DNA of 64,000 bases from Vicugna vicugna. Its lineage: Eukaryota. Under the pieces are notes generated by a model, which had not been told where the DNA came from, did not search any database, and was given only the letters and a program-made list of their open reading frames with translations. The stretch lies in the NCBI GenBank assembly GCA_013265495.1, contig PNXW01000517.1, forward strand, positions 1-64,000, written 5' to 3'. Positions within the stretch are counted from its first letter, which is position 1. Each line of letters opens with the position of its first letter. Below, piece by piece: positions 13,930 through 25,670 of this stretch. The position numbers and the translations under genes were made by a program.

Positions 13930-15073
13930 TTTTGATATTATAAATGGAATATTGGATAGGAAAGAAAACAGTCACTTAAAAGGAAAAGAAAATTCTTTCC
14001 TAATCTTGTCAATAAACAGACCTTTAGTCCAAGAAAACTTTGTCATTTTTACCCGATGAAAGAAAATTAAGTTTTAATTTTACATAAATACACTATTGAT
14101 ATAAAAACTAATTTTTCTTAAATCCATTTAAATTGAGCCCTTTCATAATTTAATTTTGGCAATACCCTCCAAAGGTAAAAGAAAAATCATATATACATGC
14201 ATATATCCATAAACATACATAAACATAGAAACAGTGATTCCATAGATTTCATTCCAAAACTGAAGCCCTTGACAAGAAATTTTGTTGAGACTGTGAATTA
14301 GATGATGGGAAAGGAATTCTCTATAGAAGTTTGTATTTTAAAAGCCTTATACTCACCATTTTTTTTTCAGTCTCAAGAAATTGTGGGCAATGTTTCTATT
14401 GTATAGTCATGAAAATATTTACCACTTTAAGGGATAGAAAATAATGCAAGTTTTATCCTAGCAGTTTTGGGATATACCTTTATTATCAGAAATCTAGTGT
14501 AATTACTATTAAAAATGTTGTTTCTATTAGGGATCAAATTGCAAAGGGCATTCCATCTGTTCATTTACTTTTACTTACTACACTATACCGTCCTCACTTT
14601 CCAAGGGATTTTATCTCTTTGATTCCTAATCAGGCACTGTGATAAGTGTTGGATTTCAATCTGTGGCAGTTTGAGCCTTTCTAGTTTTGTAAAATGGCAT
14701 GCTAAGTTCTCCAAATTTTCCTCCCACTCTGCTAACCTGTCTATCAGCCCCAAAGCTAGAAGAGTAGTGGACAACTTCACCTCTTTCTCTAACCTCATTC
14801 CTTCCTTCAACATTCTAACTCAACTCAAATTGCCCATGCTAGAGGCTAACACACTATGACACCCATTGGTTTCTGTTCTGTGCTACAGTAGACTATGTGT
14901 AGTTACTCAAACACTCACATTGAAAAAAAAAAAATGAGGTTTGGGGCATCCTCATACTCATAAGGCTTCCACAAGTGTCTGACATATGAGCCATCCTCCA
15001 TCACATAGAAGTTGATGGCCAATTTGGAATTTTCCTCATGGATGCTTTTTCGCCCAATGTTCCTTTTTTTAGT
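13930..15073 (-). mobile_element. ERV internal remnant (leader/gag-like)
   Basis: Lies directly downstream of a PBS and LTR on the minus strand; degenerate ORF 14583-14813 may be gag-derived. Confidence 0.55.
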
Positions 15074-15091
15074 CTCCTGGCTGGATCACCA
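15074..15091 (-). promoter_or_regulatory. Retroviral primer binding site, tRNA-Arg type
   Basis: Minus strand TGGTGATCCAGCCAGGAG, 16/18 match to TGGCGAGCCAGCCAGGAG (complement of the tRNA-Arg(ACG) 3' end as recalled). Confidence 0.75.
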
Positions 15092-15094
15092 ATT

Positions 15095-15545
15095 TCTGGT
15101 TCAGAAACTGGCCCCTGAAAATGCAGGGAAAGTAGAGACCAAACAAAGAAGCAGTATATTCTGGATCTATATGTTAGAGTTTAATAAACAAGGGAACTTT
15201 TTTATGAGGCTTGTTTTAGGCAGCCACAAGACAAATAGATCACTACAACTTCCCAGCACGATCTCAAAAACTTATATAGAAGACTTAAATGGGTTCAGTC
15301 ACATACACAACAACCCAGATAATCTCAACAATACTTTGCACCCTCAAGGCCGTGTCCTTGGAGTAGTTCCCACTGTGGGGAGTAGGCAGAATGTACTGCC
15401 CAATGACAAAGGAGAGAATGTGGAGCTTCTGATTGCTCAAATCCAGCTGGAAGTTCAACCAGTTGTCATATACTCTCTCTTACCTGCTCCAGCAGTTTCA
15501 TCAGTTCCAAACCATCAGACCCATGGCCAGTTCCTTTTATTACAA
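15095..15545 (-). mobile_element. 5' LTR of the ERV
   Basis: ~450 bp immediately upstream of the PBS; begins TGTAA on the minus strand at 15545. Confidence 0.6.
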
Positions 15546-15872
15546 TGTTCCCAGCAGAGAACTTAGGATGGTAGAGGAAAAATTATTTTTATGTTGGAGA
15601 GATAATTAGTTCAAATTTTAAATATTTTTATAAGATTTTGCTTATATTATTGTCATACATTATTTATAACTACACAGGTAATTAATTTAAAAAAAGACAT
15701 AAGGAAAAGGTATAACTCAAACTAAGAAAATCTTGAGTCATGTCCCAACTGATTATATTTTCAAAAGACTCTAGAATTTTAAATTATGAACTTTTGTAAA
15801 TTCAGAATTATTTATTTACCTTTTAATTATCTTTTAATTCTTCAACATTATTTGAAAAATAAAATGAAATTA

Positions 15873-16003
15873 GGAAGAAGGTATAGCTCAAGTGTTAGAG
15901 TGCATACTTAGCACACACAGGGTCCTGGGGTCAGTCCCCAGTACTGCTTCTAAAAATAAATAAGTAGATAAACCCAATTACCTCTCCACCCCCACAAAAA
16001 AAA
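15873..16003 (+). mobile_element. tRNA-derived SINE, Vic-1-like
   Basis: GGAAGAAGGTATAGCTCAAGTGTTAGAGTGCATACTTAGC...GGTCCTGGGGTCAGTCCCCAGTAC, A tail, TSD aataaaatgaa; homologous to the copy at 11949. Confidence 0.8.
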
Positions 16004-17834
16004 TGAATAAAATGAATATATAACTTGGAAATTTTTAAAATGTATACAAAGGGTAATATAAATAAGAGATTTCCCTACATTTTTATTATATTTGTAAGTT
16101 TTTTTCTGAAATTAAAAATACGCAACTACCTCTCTGGAAATACTTAAACTCAGTAACTCAGGGGCAGCCAAATAACTAGGTATGAAAGTGTAGTGCAATG
16201 ATATTTCTTACAAAAGTGTTCATTAGGAGGCTGATAAGATGTGAAGATGTAAATGTTATAATACATAATAATAAACAGACCTGCTATAACACGATGATAA
16301 TATATTTATAAAAACTTTGTTATGATAAAATGACATATCAAGAATTAAAAGAATATCTAGGGAAAATAGTGATAGATCATTTTAAACTTAAGAGATCAGA
16401 GGATAAACTCCATACATTTATGAAATATTGACAGAGTTAAATCAATACTTGTGTTCACAATGAGCAATACATAGTCAGTTTCCTGTGTGACATTAAGCAC
16501 CTCCTCTTCTCCAGAGCTTAATGCTTTTTCCTGAAAATTATAGGTCCTTGCATTAACTTACTTTTATGAAAGATGATTTGATCGATATTTAACATCTAAA
16601 CTCTGGTTGCTATCTTCATCAATTAAGGTTTAGCAACTGGGAAGTATCTTTGCAGCATTCTAATTAACACTTTTAACTTCACCAGACAGCTGACAATTGT
16701 GACATGCATAATATGTGTTAAAACTGTATCAGCAACCACTTGGTGTGAAGACAAAATTTCTGTGGAATTTTAAGTTTCTTAACAGAGTTATATGTTGCTT
16801 AGGCTTTTTTCCTGGGAGCCAAAGCATAGAAATTGGATGTTATTCTAGAGTCCTGGAAATCTCTGGTGAGGAAAGAAAGGGGACATATGTCCACTCAGGG
16901 AGCAAGGGTTGAAATAAGTCTCTTGACCAATCAACTCTCTTCTATCAACAGTTCTCATTTCTGTAAATAGGATTCTGAATTGTTGGGGAATCAAAATGGT
17001 ACGGGATGTCTTTCCTTGCAAGTAAGTAAATATAATTTCATGAGCAAGGAGAATTTTCTGTACAGATAATTGGTGTCATCATATATTTCATAGTATGTGG
17101 AGTTTCACCAAGTTGTCAGTCATTGCCTCCTGACAAAAATACACAGTCTCTGGGTAATTTGCCGTCCTCTCCTTCAGGTCCAGATATAGTTTCTTGCTCA
17201 GGCTGTGGATCCTGATCTTTGGGACAAAACTCCTAATCCAATATCGTTCATGCCATACTGTACCTTCCAAACCTTTTACCTTCTTGGCTACCATCTCCCC
17301 CATAAGCTGTACACTGAAGTCTCTGTCTCATTGGCTCTTGGCAGTTTATGTATCTTGCTTCTCAAATAGCACATGGATTTACCATCACAAGGCCTACATA
17401 CAAAATAGTGATTTCCTTATTATTACACTCTCATCTTTTCTAATGTGTTTGCCTCTGGCAAGTTTTGAGCCACCATCTACATGCTCAGTTTCTTTCTGGA
17501 CCTAATTCTCAAGTCTGTCTTTCTCCAATACTTCCTCAAGGCCATGCATACTGGCTTGAAGTCACTTGATCTGATAGTACTGAGTTGGCAAATAATATCT
17601 TTTATCTTCTTTTTGTCCTGGTGTTGATGTCACAGAATTTATGTTTAGGGTCATATTGGGTATTGCTCATGGTATGCATACATTACACATGATTCTTCTG
17701 TGCTTTTAAACATTTTGTGAACCACTTAATCTCTTTAAAAATACTTATTTTTAATTCCAGTGGGGTTACATTTTTGTCTGTTGCTTTCAATTTAGAATTC
17801 TGGTTGAAAGAATCAGATTGCAAATGCCAATTCA

Positions 17835-18230
17835 GACTGAAAAACCAAAATTCAACTGAGTAAATTTGAAGTATGATTTTATGATTTCATTCAGCATTTC
17901 ATGATATGGGCAGAATCCCATTCATAAAGTAGAAAGGGGCTCTGAGAAGTTATACAAAATGCAAGACTCTTATAGGCAGAAGAAGGCTGGCAAGAAAATT
18001 ATTTCAGCAGAACACGGATTGTTTCAAGCAAGGTGACTTTCCTCTGGGGTAGGTAAGGTCTATCAGGCAGACAATCTGATTAGTGCTAACCAGATAATTC
18101 CAGACTGACTGGTTAAGATTGCATTTCTTGGAGAGGCTTACACTGCAATTATATAAGTAATAAGTCTCAGTTTGATGACATGGGCTTAGCACAGTAGTGC
18201 CATCTCCAGCTGTTGCTCTGTAGTTCTCAC
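17835..18230 (-). mobile_element. ERV1-class LTR (3' LTR of the env remnant)
   Basis: Directly downstream of the env remnant; part is repeated at 49630-49760 (attagtgct.accag.taatt.cagactgactggttaagatt). Confidence 0.6.
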
Positions 18231-18384
18231 AGCTTCAATTGATTCTTTGATATTCTCTGGTCAGGATGGTTTCTGTGTGTGTCGTTCCATTCTTAGCAAA
18301 TTCATTTGCTTGAGGGTAAGCAGCTGTGAAAATACAGTTAAAGCTCTGAGAGAATGCAGAACACCATAAGAACTTCTATTTTTA

Positions 18385-18838
18385 CTAAAAGCAGGACAAT
18401 TTCCACTGTCTGAATTGCAGCTTGGAGTCATGGTTCCCAAGACTTAATTCAAAATCAAATAAGAAAGAATGCATCTTTGGAGTCACTTTCTTAAGCCAAG
18501 TGGCTCGCTCAGTAATCTTATATAGCTGAGTGTTAATGTCCCCAGAAGTGTCAGTCCCGGTGCAGCAAATGATGTTGGCCAAAGCACAGACATCTCCTTG
18601 TTCAGTTAAAAGATAATCAAGGGGTAATCTATCAAGAATAACTTAGGCAAGAAGATCTAAGGTCTTGTCTTGGGCAGCTACTGTTTTAGCAACAGATTCT
18701 TCAATACCTTCAAGAATTAAGGAGAGATTGTAAATTACAGTTTCATTTATATTTACTCCCTAACCAGGCAGCTAGGGACTTGCCAAATGAAGCGAATCCT
18801 GAATCCTGAATATTCCCTGGTAGGTGTTGTCTAACTTG
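18385..18838 (-). pseudogene. env: Gamma-type retroviral env transmembrane-subunit remnant
   Basis: Manual translation: SLILEGIEESVAKTVAAQDKTLDLLA*VILDRLPLDYLLTEQGDVCALANIICCTGTDTSGDINTQLYKITERATWLK = heptad, immunosuppressive-domain-like segment and CX6CC; internal stop. Confidence 0.85.
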
Positions 18839-20738
18839 AAATAATATTTAAAGATTATATAAAAGTTTAAAATTAAATGAATGGTCACAAATGGAAAAGA
18901 ATACTTTTTTCATGCAATGTTTCAGAAAACAATTATTAACAAAAAACTAACAATTTACCTTGTAATTGAAGATACAGTAATCAAATGAGTAAATAGATAT
19001 TTGAAACAAAAAGACATTTCTTGTTTCTTATACAAAGTCCACAAGTTACCAGAAATTTGAGGGTGGTTATTAAAATGCCATTAATTAAATTTGTATTTAA
19101 AATTAAATACAGATTTACATGGAATGGATTTGTAGAAATCAATGAGACGATATTGACTTATAAGGGAAATGTTTTTAGAAAAACATCTTGAAAATAATCA
19201 GCTCTACCTATACTAAAATTTATATTTTGATACAGTTTAACAAGTATTCATCCCCATGCTTTCAAAACCTATAAAAAATTCAGATAATTCCAGTAACATA
19301 TACAGAAAGATTCTTTTCAAAATTCAAAACAATCAAAAATTAATTGCAACCTAGCATTTGTCACCAGTGACTGAAAACACTTTGAATTACATTGCTAAAA
19401 TTTTGAAAAGTATAAATTTTGATGAAAATAATTTTGGAGAAAAATGAGCCCCCCCATCTTATAATCAATAAAAACATTGTATAATAAAACATAACTTTTA
19501 TTATGTATAAAATTTTGCCACAGCATATTCTTTGTAACTTGTAATGCATTTCATAACTAATGAATTAATTTTGAAGAAAAATAACTATATTTAGCACCAA
19601 TACTTGTACTTTTTTCTGATTTCTGAATAAGAAGACTTATATTTTCATTGTGTGCTGTGTCTTGCAAGTTAAGTAGGATGTGACCTTTCTCTTCCCTGCT
19701 GCACCAGAGAGGTAAAGCATATTTTTCTGCTGATTACTGATGAACAGTGCTAACACTTCACCCAGGAAGTGCACCAGAGCTGATGGATTTTTACTGAATG
19801 CAGTGGTGGGATTGGTTTAGGAAAGTGACTAAGCCATAAAATGGATGGACTGCTAAAGTTGGTTCATAAAAGTTGACCTTCCTGAATACATTTCAGTAGA
19901 ACTATGGGATGTAGTGGGTGGTGAACAAAATCTCATCTGAGAGACGTTATCTAATGCAAGATCTGTAGTGGCTACTTAGGATGTAAACCGAGTATGTCCT
20001 GAGTGAGGGGGATGGTTGCAAGAATGTTTTTGATTTTTTGAATTCCCACTAATTGTACTAAATCTTGACCCACTCATAACCTCACAATTTACTGGACCTC
20101 TGTTGGTATCTTCAAGTCCTTGCTGTGGATCTGCAGATATACCAACATTAAATCACTTCCTTGGGATGTACTACACTGAAAGAAACAGAAACTTGTCTTT
20201 TTCCATTCAGAGTGGTGTAAGGACTTCAGAGTCCCTGATGAAGTGTCAGCTAACTCTCTAAAGTTCCCCTAAATTGAAAGAAAATATAACTGTTACTAGT
20301 AAATTATATGACTACTGTGAGAAGAATGAGAAGTCTTTTGACTCTTAGTTTGATCTAGACTTTCAGAAAACTTTTACTTTTATGTTTCAGACATATTGGA
20401 GAATCAACTGAAAATTGTGGCACTTTTATAATAAATGACAACTTCAGTTAGTTTCCATTTTCATTTCAATATGACAAAACCATTCCACTGACAAAATATC
20501 AGGAAAAAATTAATGCTTTTGAAATTGATGAGGAGAAATACACCATGAAGAAAAAAGAAAAAGGCTTGAAAAAATATACATATATACTTACAAGATAATT
20601 TCCTCCAGACATGTGTGATTGTCTTCTGTTCTAGATTAATTATAGTCCTTGAATTTAATGATAAAATATTTTAAAATTGCTGTACACTGACAAATGGATT
20701 TATACCCAAGACCTAGGTACTCGTGCCAAAAGTTTTGT

Positions 20739-21677
20739 CTACATATTCACAGAGCAGATTCTCTGAATTACTCTTCTCAAGGCCCCCATCACCTCCTTGT
20801 TTCTCAGGCTATAGATAACAGGATTGAGCATTGGGGTCAGGACGGTGTAGAAGACAGCCAGAGCTTTGTCCTCTGCTGGAGATCGAAGTGATCTTGGGCA
20901 CAGGTAAGTGTAAGCAAAGGGCACATAATAGAAAGTCACCACAGTGAGGTGGGTGCTGCAGGTTGAAAAGGCCTTATTCCTCCCTTCTGCTGAGCGCATG
21001 CGGTGGACAGCAAGGAGAACGCAGCCGTAGGAACATGCAATAATGACAAAAGGCAGCACAAGGAATAGGGTGGTACTCACAAACACGGTGTACTCATAGA
21101 CCCACGTGTCCATGCAGGCCAGAGTCAGCATGGCTGGGACATCACAGAAGAAGTGATTGATGGCCCTGGACCTGCAGTAAGGGATGTGGAGGGCATACGT
21201 GGTGTGGGCACAGGAGTTGATAGAGCCCATTATCCAAGATCCTGTCATCATCAACACACACACTCTTCTGCTGATCCTGATGGGATAGTGAAAAGGGAAG
21301 CAAATGGCCACATAATGATTATAAGCCATAAATGTCAAAAGCAGTGTTTCTGCACCTCCTAGAGTCAAGAAGAAGAAGCTCTGAACCCCACACCCAATGA
21401 AGGAGATAGACTTGTTTCCAAACAGATAATTGGAGACCATTTTGGGAACAATGGTGGAGATGTAGTTCAGGTCAATGAAGGAGAGCTGACTAAGTAGGAA
21501 ATACATGGGGGTGTGGAGATGGGTGTCCAGACAGATGAGAAGGATCATGGAGAAGTTGCCAAATAATGCCACTAGGAAAATGAGAGCAATGAGAATAAAA
21601 AGAAACAGGCCAATTCCTGAAGGAGGGAATAACCCCAGCAAGATGAAATCAGTTGATGTTTGATTATAACTTTCCAT
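20739..21677 (-). CDS. OR2L-subfamily olfactory receptor, 312 aa open ORF (DRY motif altered to NHY)
   Basis: Complete 7TM OR: NQT sequon, [54 protein letters not shown]. Exact OR2L ortholog cannot be assigned. Confidence 0.9.
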   Translation of the reverse strand: MESYNQTSTDFILLGLFPPSGIGLFLFILIALIFLVALFGNFSMILLICLDTHLHTPMYFLLSQLSFIDLNYISTIVPKMVSNYLFGNKSISFIGCGVQSFFFLTLGGAETLLLTFMAYNHYVAICFPFHYPIRISRRVCVLMMTGSWIMGSINSCAHTTYALHIPYCRSRAINHFFCDVPAMLTLACMDTWVYEYTVFVSTTLFLVLPFVIIACSYGCVLLAVHRMRSAEGRNKAFSTCSTHLTVVTFYYVPFAYTYLCPRSLRSPAEDKALAVFYTVLTPMLNPVIYSLRNKEVMGALRRVIQRICSVNM

Positions 21678-21700
21678 AGAGCACTGATATTATTATTTTT

Positions 21701-21728
21701 CCTAAAGGTAGACACAAAAGTGAGTTAG
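21701..21728 (-). promoter_or_regulatory. Branch point and splice acceptor of the OR2L coding exon
   Basis: Minus strand CTAACTCACTTTTGTGTCTACCTTTAG|G, 24 nt before the ATG. Confidence 0.65.
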
Positions 21729-22046
21729 ATATAAAACAACAAACTATTTCAAGTTATTATTTTAGTCAGACTGTGTATTATTTAAAATGCTACAGCTCTT
21801 ATTTAGTTTATCTGTTGTGAAATCTGGAGTGAATCTTTATTGTCATGTAGCCATTAAACAAAGTCAATGTCTTCTGCATCCTCAGAAGAGAGGAGTTTCT
21901 GAAAGCTGTAGTTAATGTAGAATCTGTGCCTGCATATCTATGCATCACATTCCTTGTGGATTTCATAAATCGACTCAAGCTCTCCTGGACAGCATGTGTT
22001 TCATGTCTCTCCGTAACACTTAAGTGTTAAGCATTGCTTCAAGGCA

Positions 22047-22193
22047 CTTTGTCTTACTCATTTAATTTTTATGTTTTATTTTCTTTGTCTTACTCATTTC
22101 ATTTTTACCTTTTATTTTCTTCATCTTACTCATTTAATTTTTATGTTTTATTTTCTTTGTCTTACTCATTTCATTTTTACCTTTTATTTTCTT
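22047..22193. repeat. Minisatellite, 4 x 36 bp in ABAB order
   Basis: cttactcattt at 22053, 22089, 22125, 22161; alternating variants aatttttatgtt / catttttacctt. Confidence 0.9.
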
Positions 22194-23659
22194 GTATTTA
22201 AACTCTTTCCAATTTTAGGTTAGTGTGTAAATTTAAGCACATACATAAAATATCTCCCTGTTAAATCCCAATTATCTTGATGATAAAAAAATAGATATAT
22301 CATAAATTAAAAGAGAACAGGAGAGCATAAAGCACAAGAAGAGATGAAATATTTCAGGACCCTTTGAGGAAGGAATCTGGTTAGAGGAATGAGCAGTCAC
22401 TTAAATGGAAAAAACAAAATGGCCTCCTCGGAGTCTTTTTTGTGGAGATGGGAGGAGAAATTCTCCAGAGACATTGTAAACAGACAAACTCTACAGATTA
22501 TACCGTATTTTAGTTGCAAATATTCTTTTAGACCCCAATGTTACCATACTTTTAAGCAAATCTGTAACATGGAAGAGGAAGATGCATACATGTACACAAA
22601 CACACAAACACAAGTACACATTCATAAATGAATGTACAATGAGGTAAAATGATTGGGAAAATGTAGAAAAGAATACATTTTTTAAAAAAGACTTGAATCT
22701 TCAAATATGTATGAGACAGTATTATTTCACAATGTAAATATCATTATATATGTAAGAGAAAGTGTCAGGTAACAAAGTTGCTTGCAAATTAAAAAAAAAA
22801 TAATAATAAGTGAAAGTTTCATAGACAAAATGAAAAAATATACATATATACACCCAAATTAAAATAAAAGAACATCAACAAAAACATGAAAAAAGATTGT
22901 CAATTTGAAAGGATAGGAGAGTTAGATAATTGATGTAAGGGAACAAATGCATGCTTATTTTCATTCCTAGAAATGCATGTAGCAAAATAGTAATGGAATT
23001 AATAGCATCCAAAAAACTTTTTTTTCAGAACTTGTGTTTATGAGCCACCATATGCAAACAGTATGAACAGAATACTGAAAACTAAGTGAAAACCTTTATT
23101 GACAATAGTTCCTTGAAAATTCCAAATGCCTTTTGAAAATATTTTCAGACAATTCTCAATAAATATAAATAAATATATTGTCCTAAAAGTGTCCTGACAG
23201 AGAAAATACTAATAATGAGAAGGACTATTTGGGTAGAAATACTAAAATATCATCATGTTTTACCATAATCTATATTTTTGTATTTTACAAATACATCCTG
23301 GAACAATACTGCCAACCTTGCCACTCCAGACACAAAGTGGGACGTATCCATGTTGTGAAAGGATGGAGAGGGAGAAAGATGGAGGTGGCAGGATGCGGAC
23401 GAAGAAAGTCTTCACACACAGTGGCTGCAGTAGAGTCAAGAGATGTTTGAAATTTAGTAATTTAAGCATTAGAAAATAAGAATACTGCTAAAAAAATGGA
23501 TAAATAGAGGGTACAAAGTGTTAAAATAATATAAAATATTTGCCCTGCGGATCAGGAGGACTGGGTTATGAAACCATTCTTTCGTCCAGTAAGCTATTGA
23601 GATCATATGCTTGCTTCACTTGAAAAAGATATTTAAGTGATGTCAAACTGATGGTACAG

Positions 23660-25670
23660 TTAAAAATCAAACTCACAAATAACATTATACTCAATGGTGA
23701 AAGACTGAAAAACTTTTCCTTTAAGAAGAGAAAAAACAAGGATGCCCACTTTGACAATTCTAATATACGTACTACTGGAAGTAGAATTATCTTAGTTAAC
23801 AAACAACATAAAATTGTTAAGAGTCCACCAAAAATCTGTGAGAGCTAATTAACAAATACAGCGCAGTCGTAGGACATAAAGTAAGTTTTATTTCTATACA
23901 CTAATAATATACAATACTAAGAAATATTTTTAAATGATTACATTTACAATATCATGAAAAAGAATAACATCCCAAGGAATAAATTTAACAAAGAAGGCAA
24001 AAAATGTTGGAAAACTGAATATTAAGATGGAATTACTACTGCAAGAAAACTACAGATGCAATGAAATGTCTGTTATAATCCCAACTACATTCTTGATAGT
24101 AATATAAAAAAGTACATCCTAAAATTCCATGAAATCTGAAGGTACTTAGAATAGTGGAAAGAATCTTACAAAAGAATTGAAGAGCTCACTATCCTGAGTA
24201 AAAACTTTTTACAAAGCTACAATAATAAAAACAGAGGAGTATTGGCATAAAGACAGACATAAACCAACCAAGTAAAATAGAGATACAAAAAAATAAATAA
24301 AAACATTTCACGTATGTGGTCAGAGGATTTTTGACAAAAGTCTCAAAAGCCATTCCCAGGGGACCTCGTTCCACCAAATGCTGCTGGGAAAACTGGATAT
24401 CCACATGCAATTAACAAAATGGGGCCCATTGCCTTACACTGTGTACAAGAATTCACTTAAATGGATCAAAGAGCTAAATATAGAGCTAAAAGTATAAACT
24501 TTTAGATGAAACCATAAGGAAAGGGTTTCATGACATTGCATTTAGGTTGTTCTTTCTTGGATGTAACACCAAAAATGTGTGCAACAAGAGTAAAAATATA
24601 GATAAATTGGTCATTATCAAAATATTTAACAAACTGTGAATTGAAGAACTTTATCCGTAGAATGAATAACCAACTCACAGAATGGAAAATATTTGCAAAA
24701 TATGTATCAGATAATGGATTGATATAAAAATATATGAAGAAATACATAAGTCAACAACAAGAAAAACTAATTTAAAAATAGGGGAAGCTCTTAAACAAAC
24801 ATTTCTCCAAAGAAGTTATACAAATTGCCAATAAACACAGGAAAGGTTCCTCCATATCACTAATTAGTAGGAAAATTCAAATCAAAACTACAGTAAGATA
24901 CCACATCTCACTCTTAGGTGATGGCTATTATTAAAAACAGTACAGGAAAAAAAAAGTGTTGATAAGGATATGAAGAAATTAGAATGTGTGCAATACCAGT
25001 AGGAATGCAAAATGGTGTAACCATTGTGAATAATGCTACTGCAATTTTTTAAAACAATAAGCATAGAACCATCATGTGATCCAACAATTGCCTTTCTGAG
25101 TATATGTCCAAAATGACTGAAGGCAGAGTCTATCTACCAACAGGTATTTTTATACCCATGTTCCTAGAAGATTTATTCTCAATAGCTAAAAGGTGGACAC
25201 AACACAAAAGTCCACCAACAAAAATGTAAACACACACACACATTAATATTATATACGTATATTTATACATAAATACATATGAATATCATTCAGTCTTCAA
25301 AAGAAAGGAGATTCTGTTACATGCTACAAAAATGGATGAAGCGTGCACAGATTATACTAAGTAAAGTAAGCCAGTCATGATAAGCCATACACAAGGTTCC
25401 ACATACATGGCTTACTCAGGGTGATAAAATTTATAGAGATGAAAATTGAAATGGTGGTTGCTAGGGCCTGGGAGATTACAGGAGTGAAGAGTTAGTGTTT
25501 AATGGGTAAAGAGTTTCAGCTGAGTAAGAAAATAACGTATCCTGGTTTGATGTGGGCAATGGCTACACAATACTGTTAATGTACTCAATATCATTGACCC
25601 GTACACTTAACAATGGATAAAATGGTAAATCTTATAATACGTATATTTACTACAATGAATAAGTCAAAAA
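23660..25670 (+). mobile_element. Old L1M ORF2 3' portion and 3'UTR
   Basis: L1 motifs throughout (aaatgctgctgggaaaactggatatccacatgca; atttctccaaagaag; gtacacttaa...atggtaaat). Confidence 0.85.

Noticed and set aside
15012..15566. 184-aa ORF
   Set aside because: Non-ATG start, antisense across an LTR/PBS, no recognisable domain.
22047..22193. 36-bp repeats as a CRISPR array
   Set aside because: Head-to-tail with no spacers, mammalian context, no cas genes.
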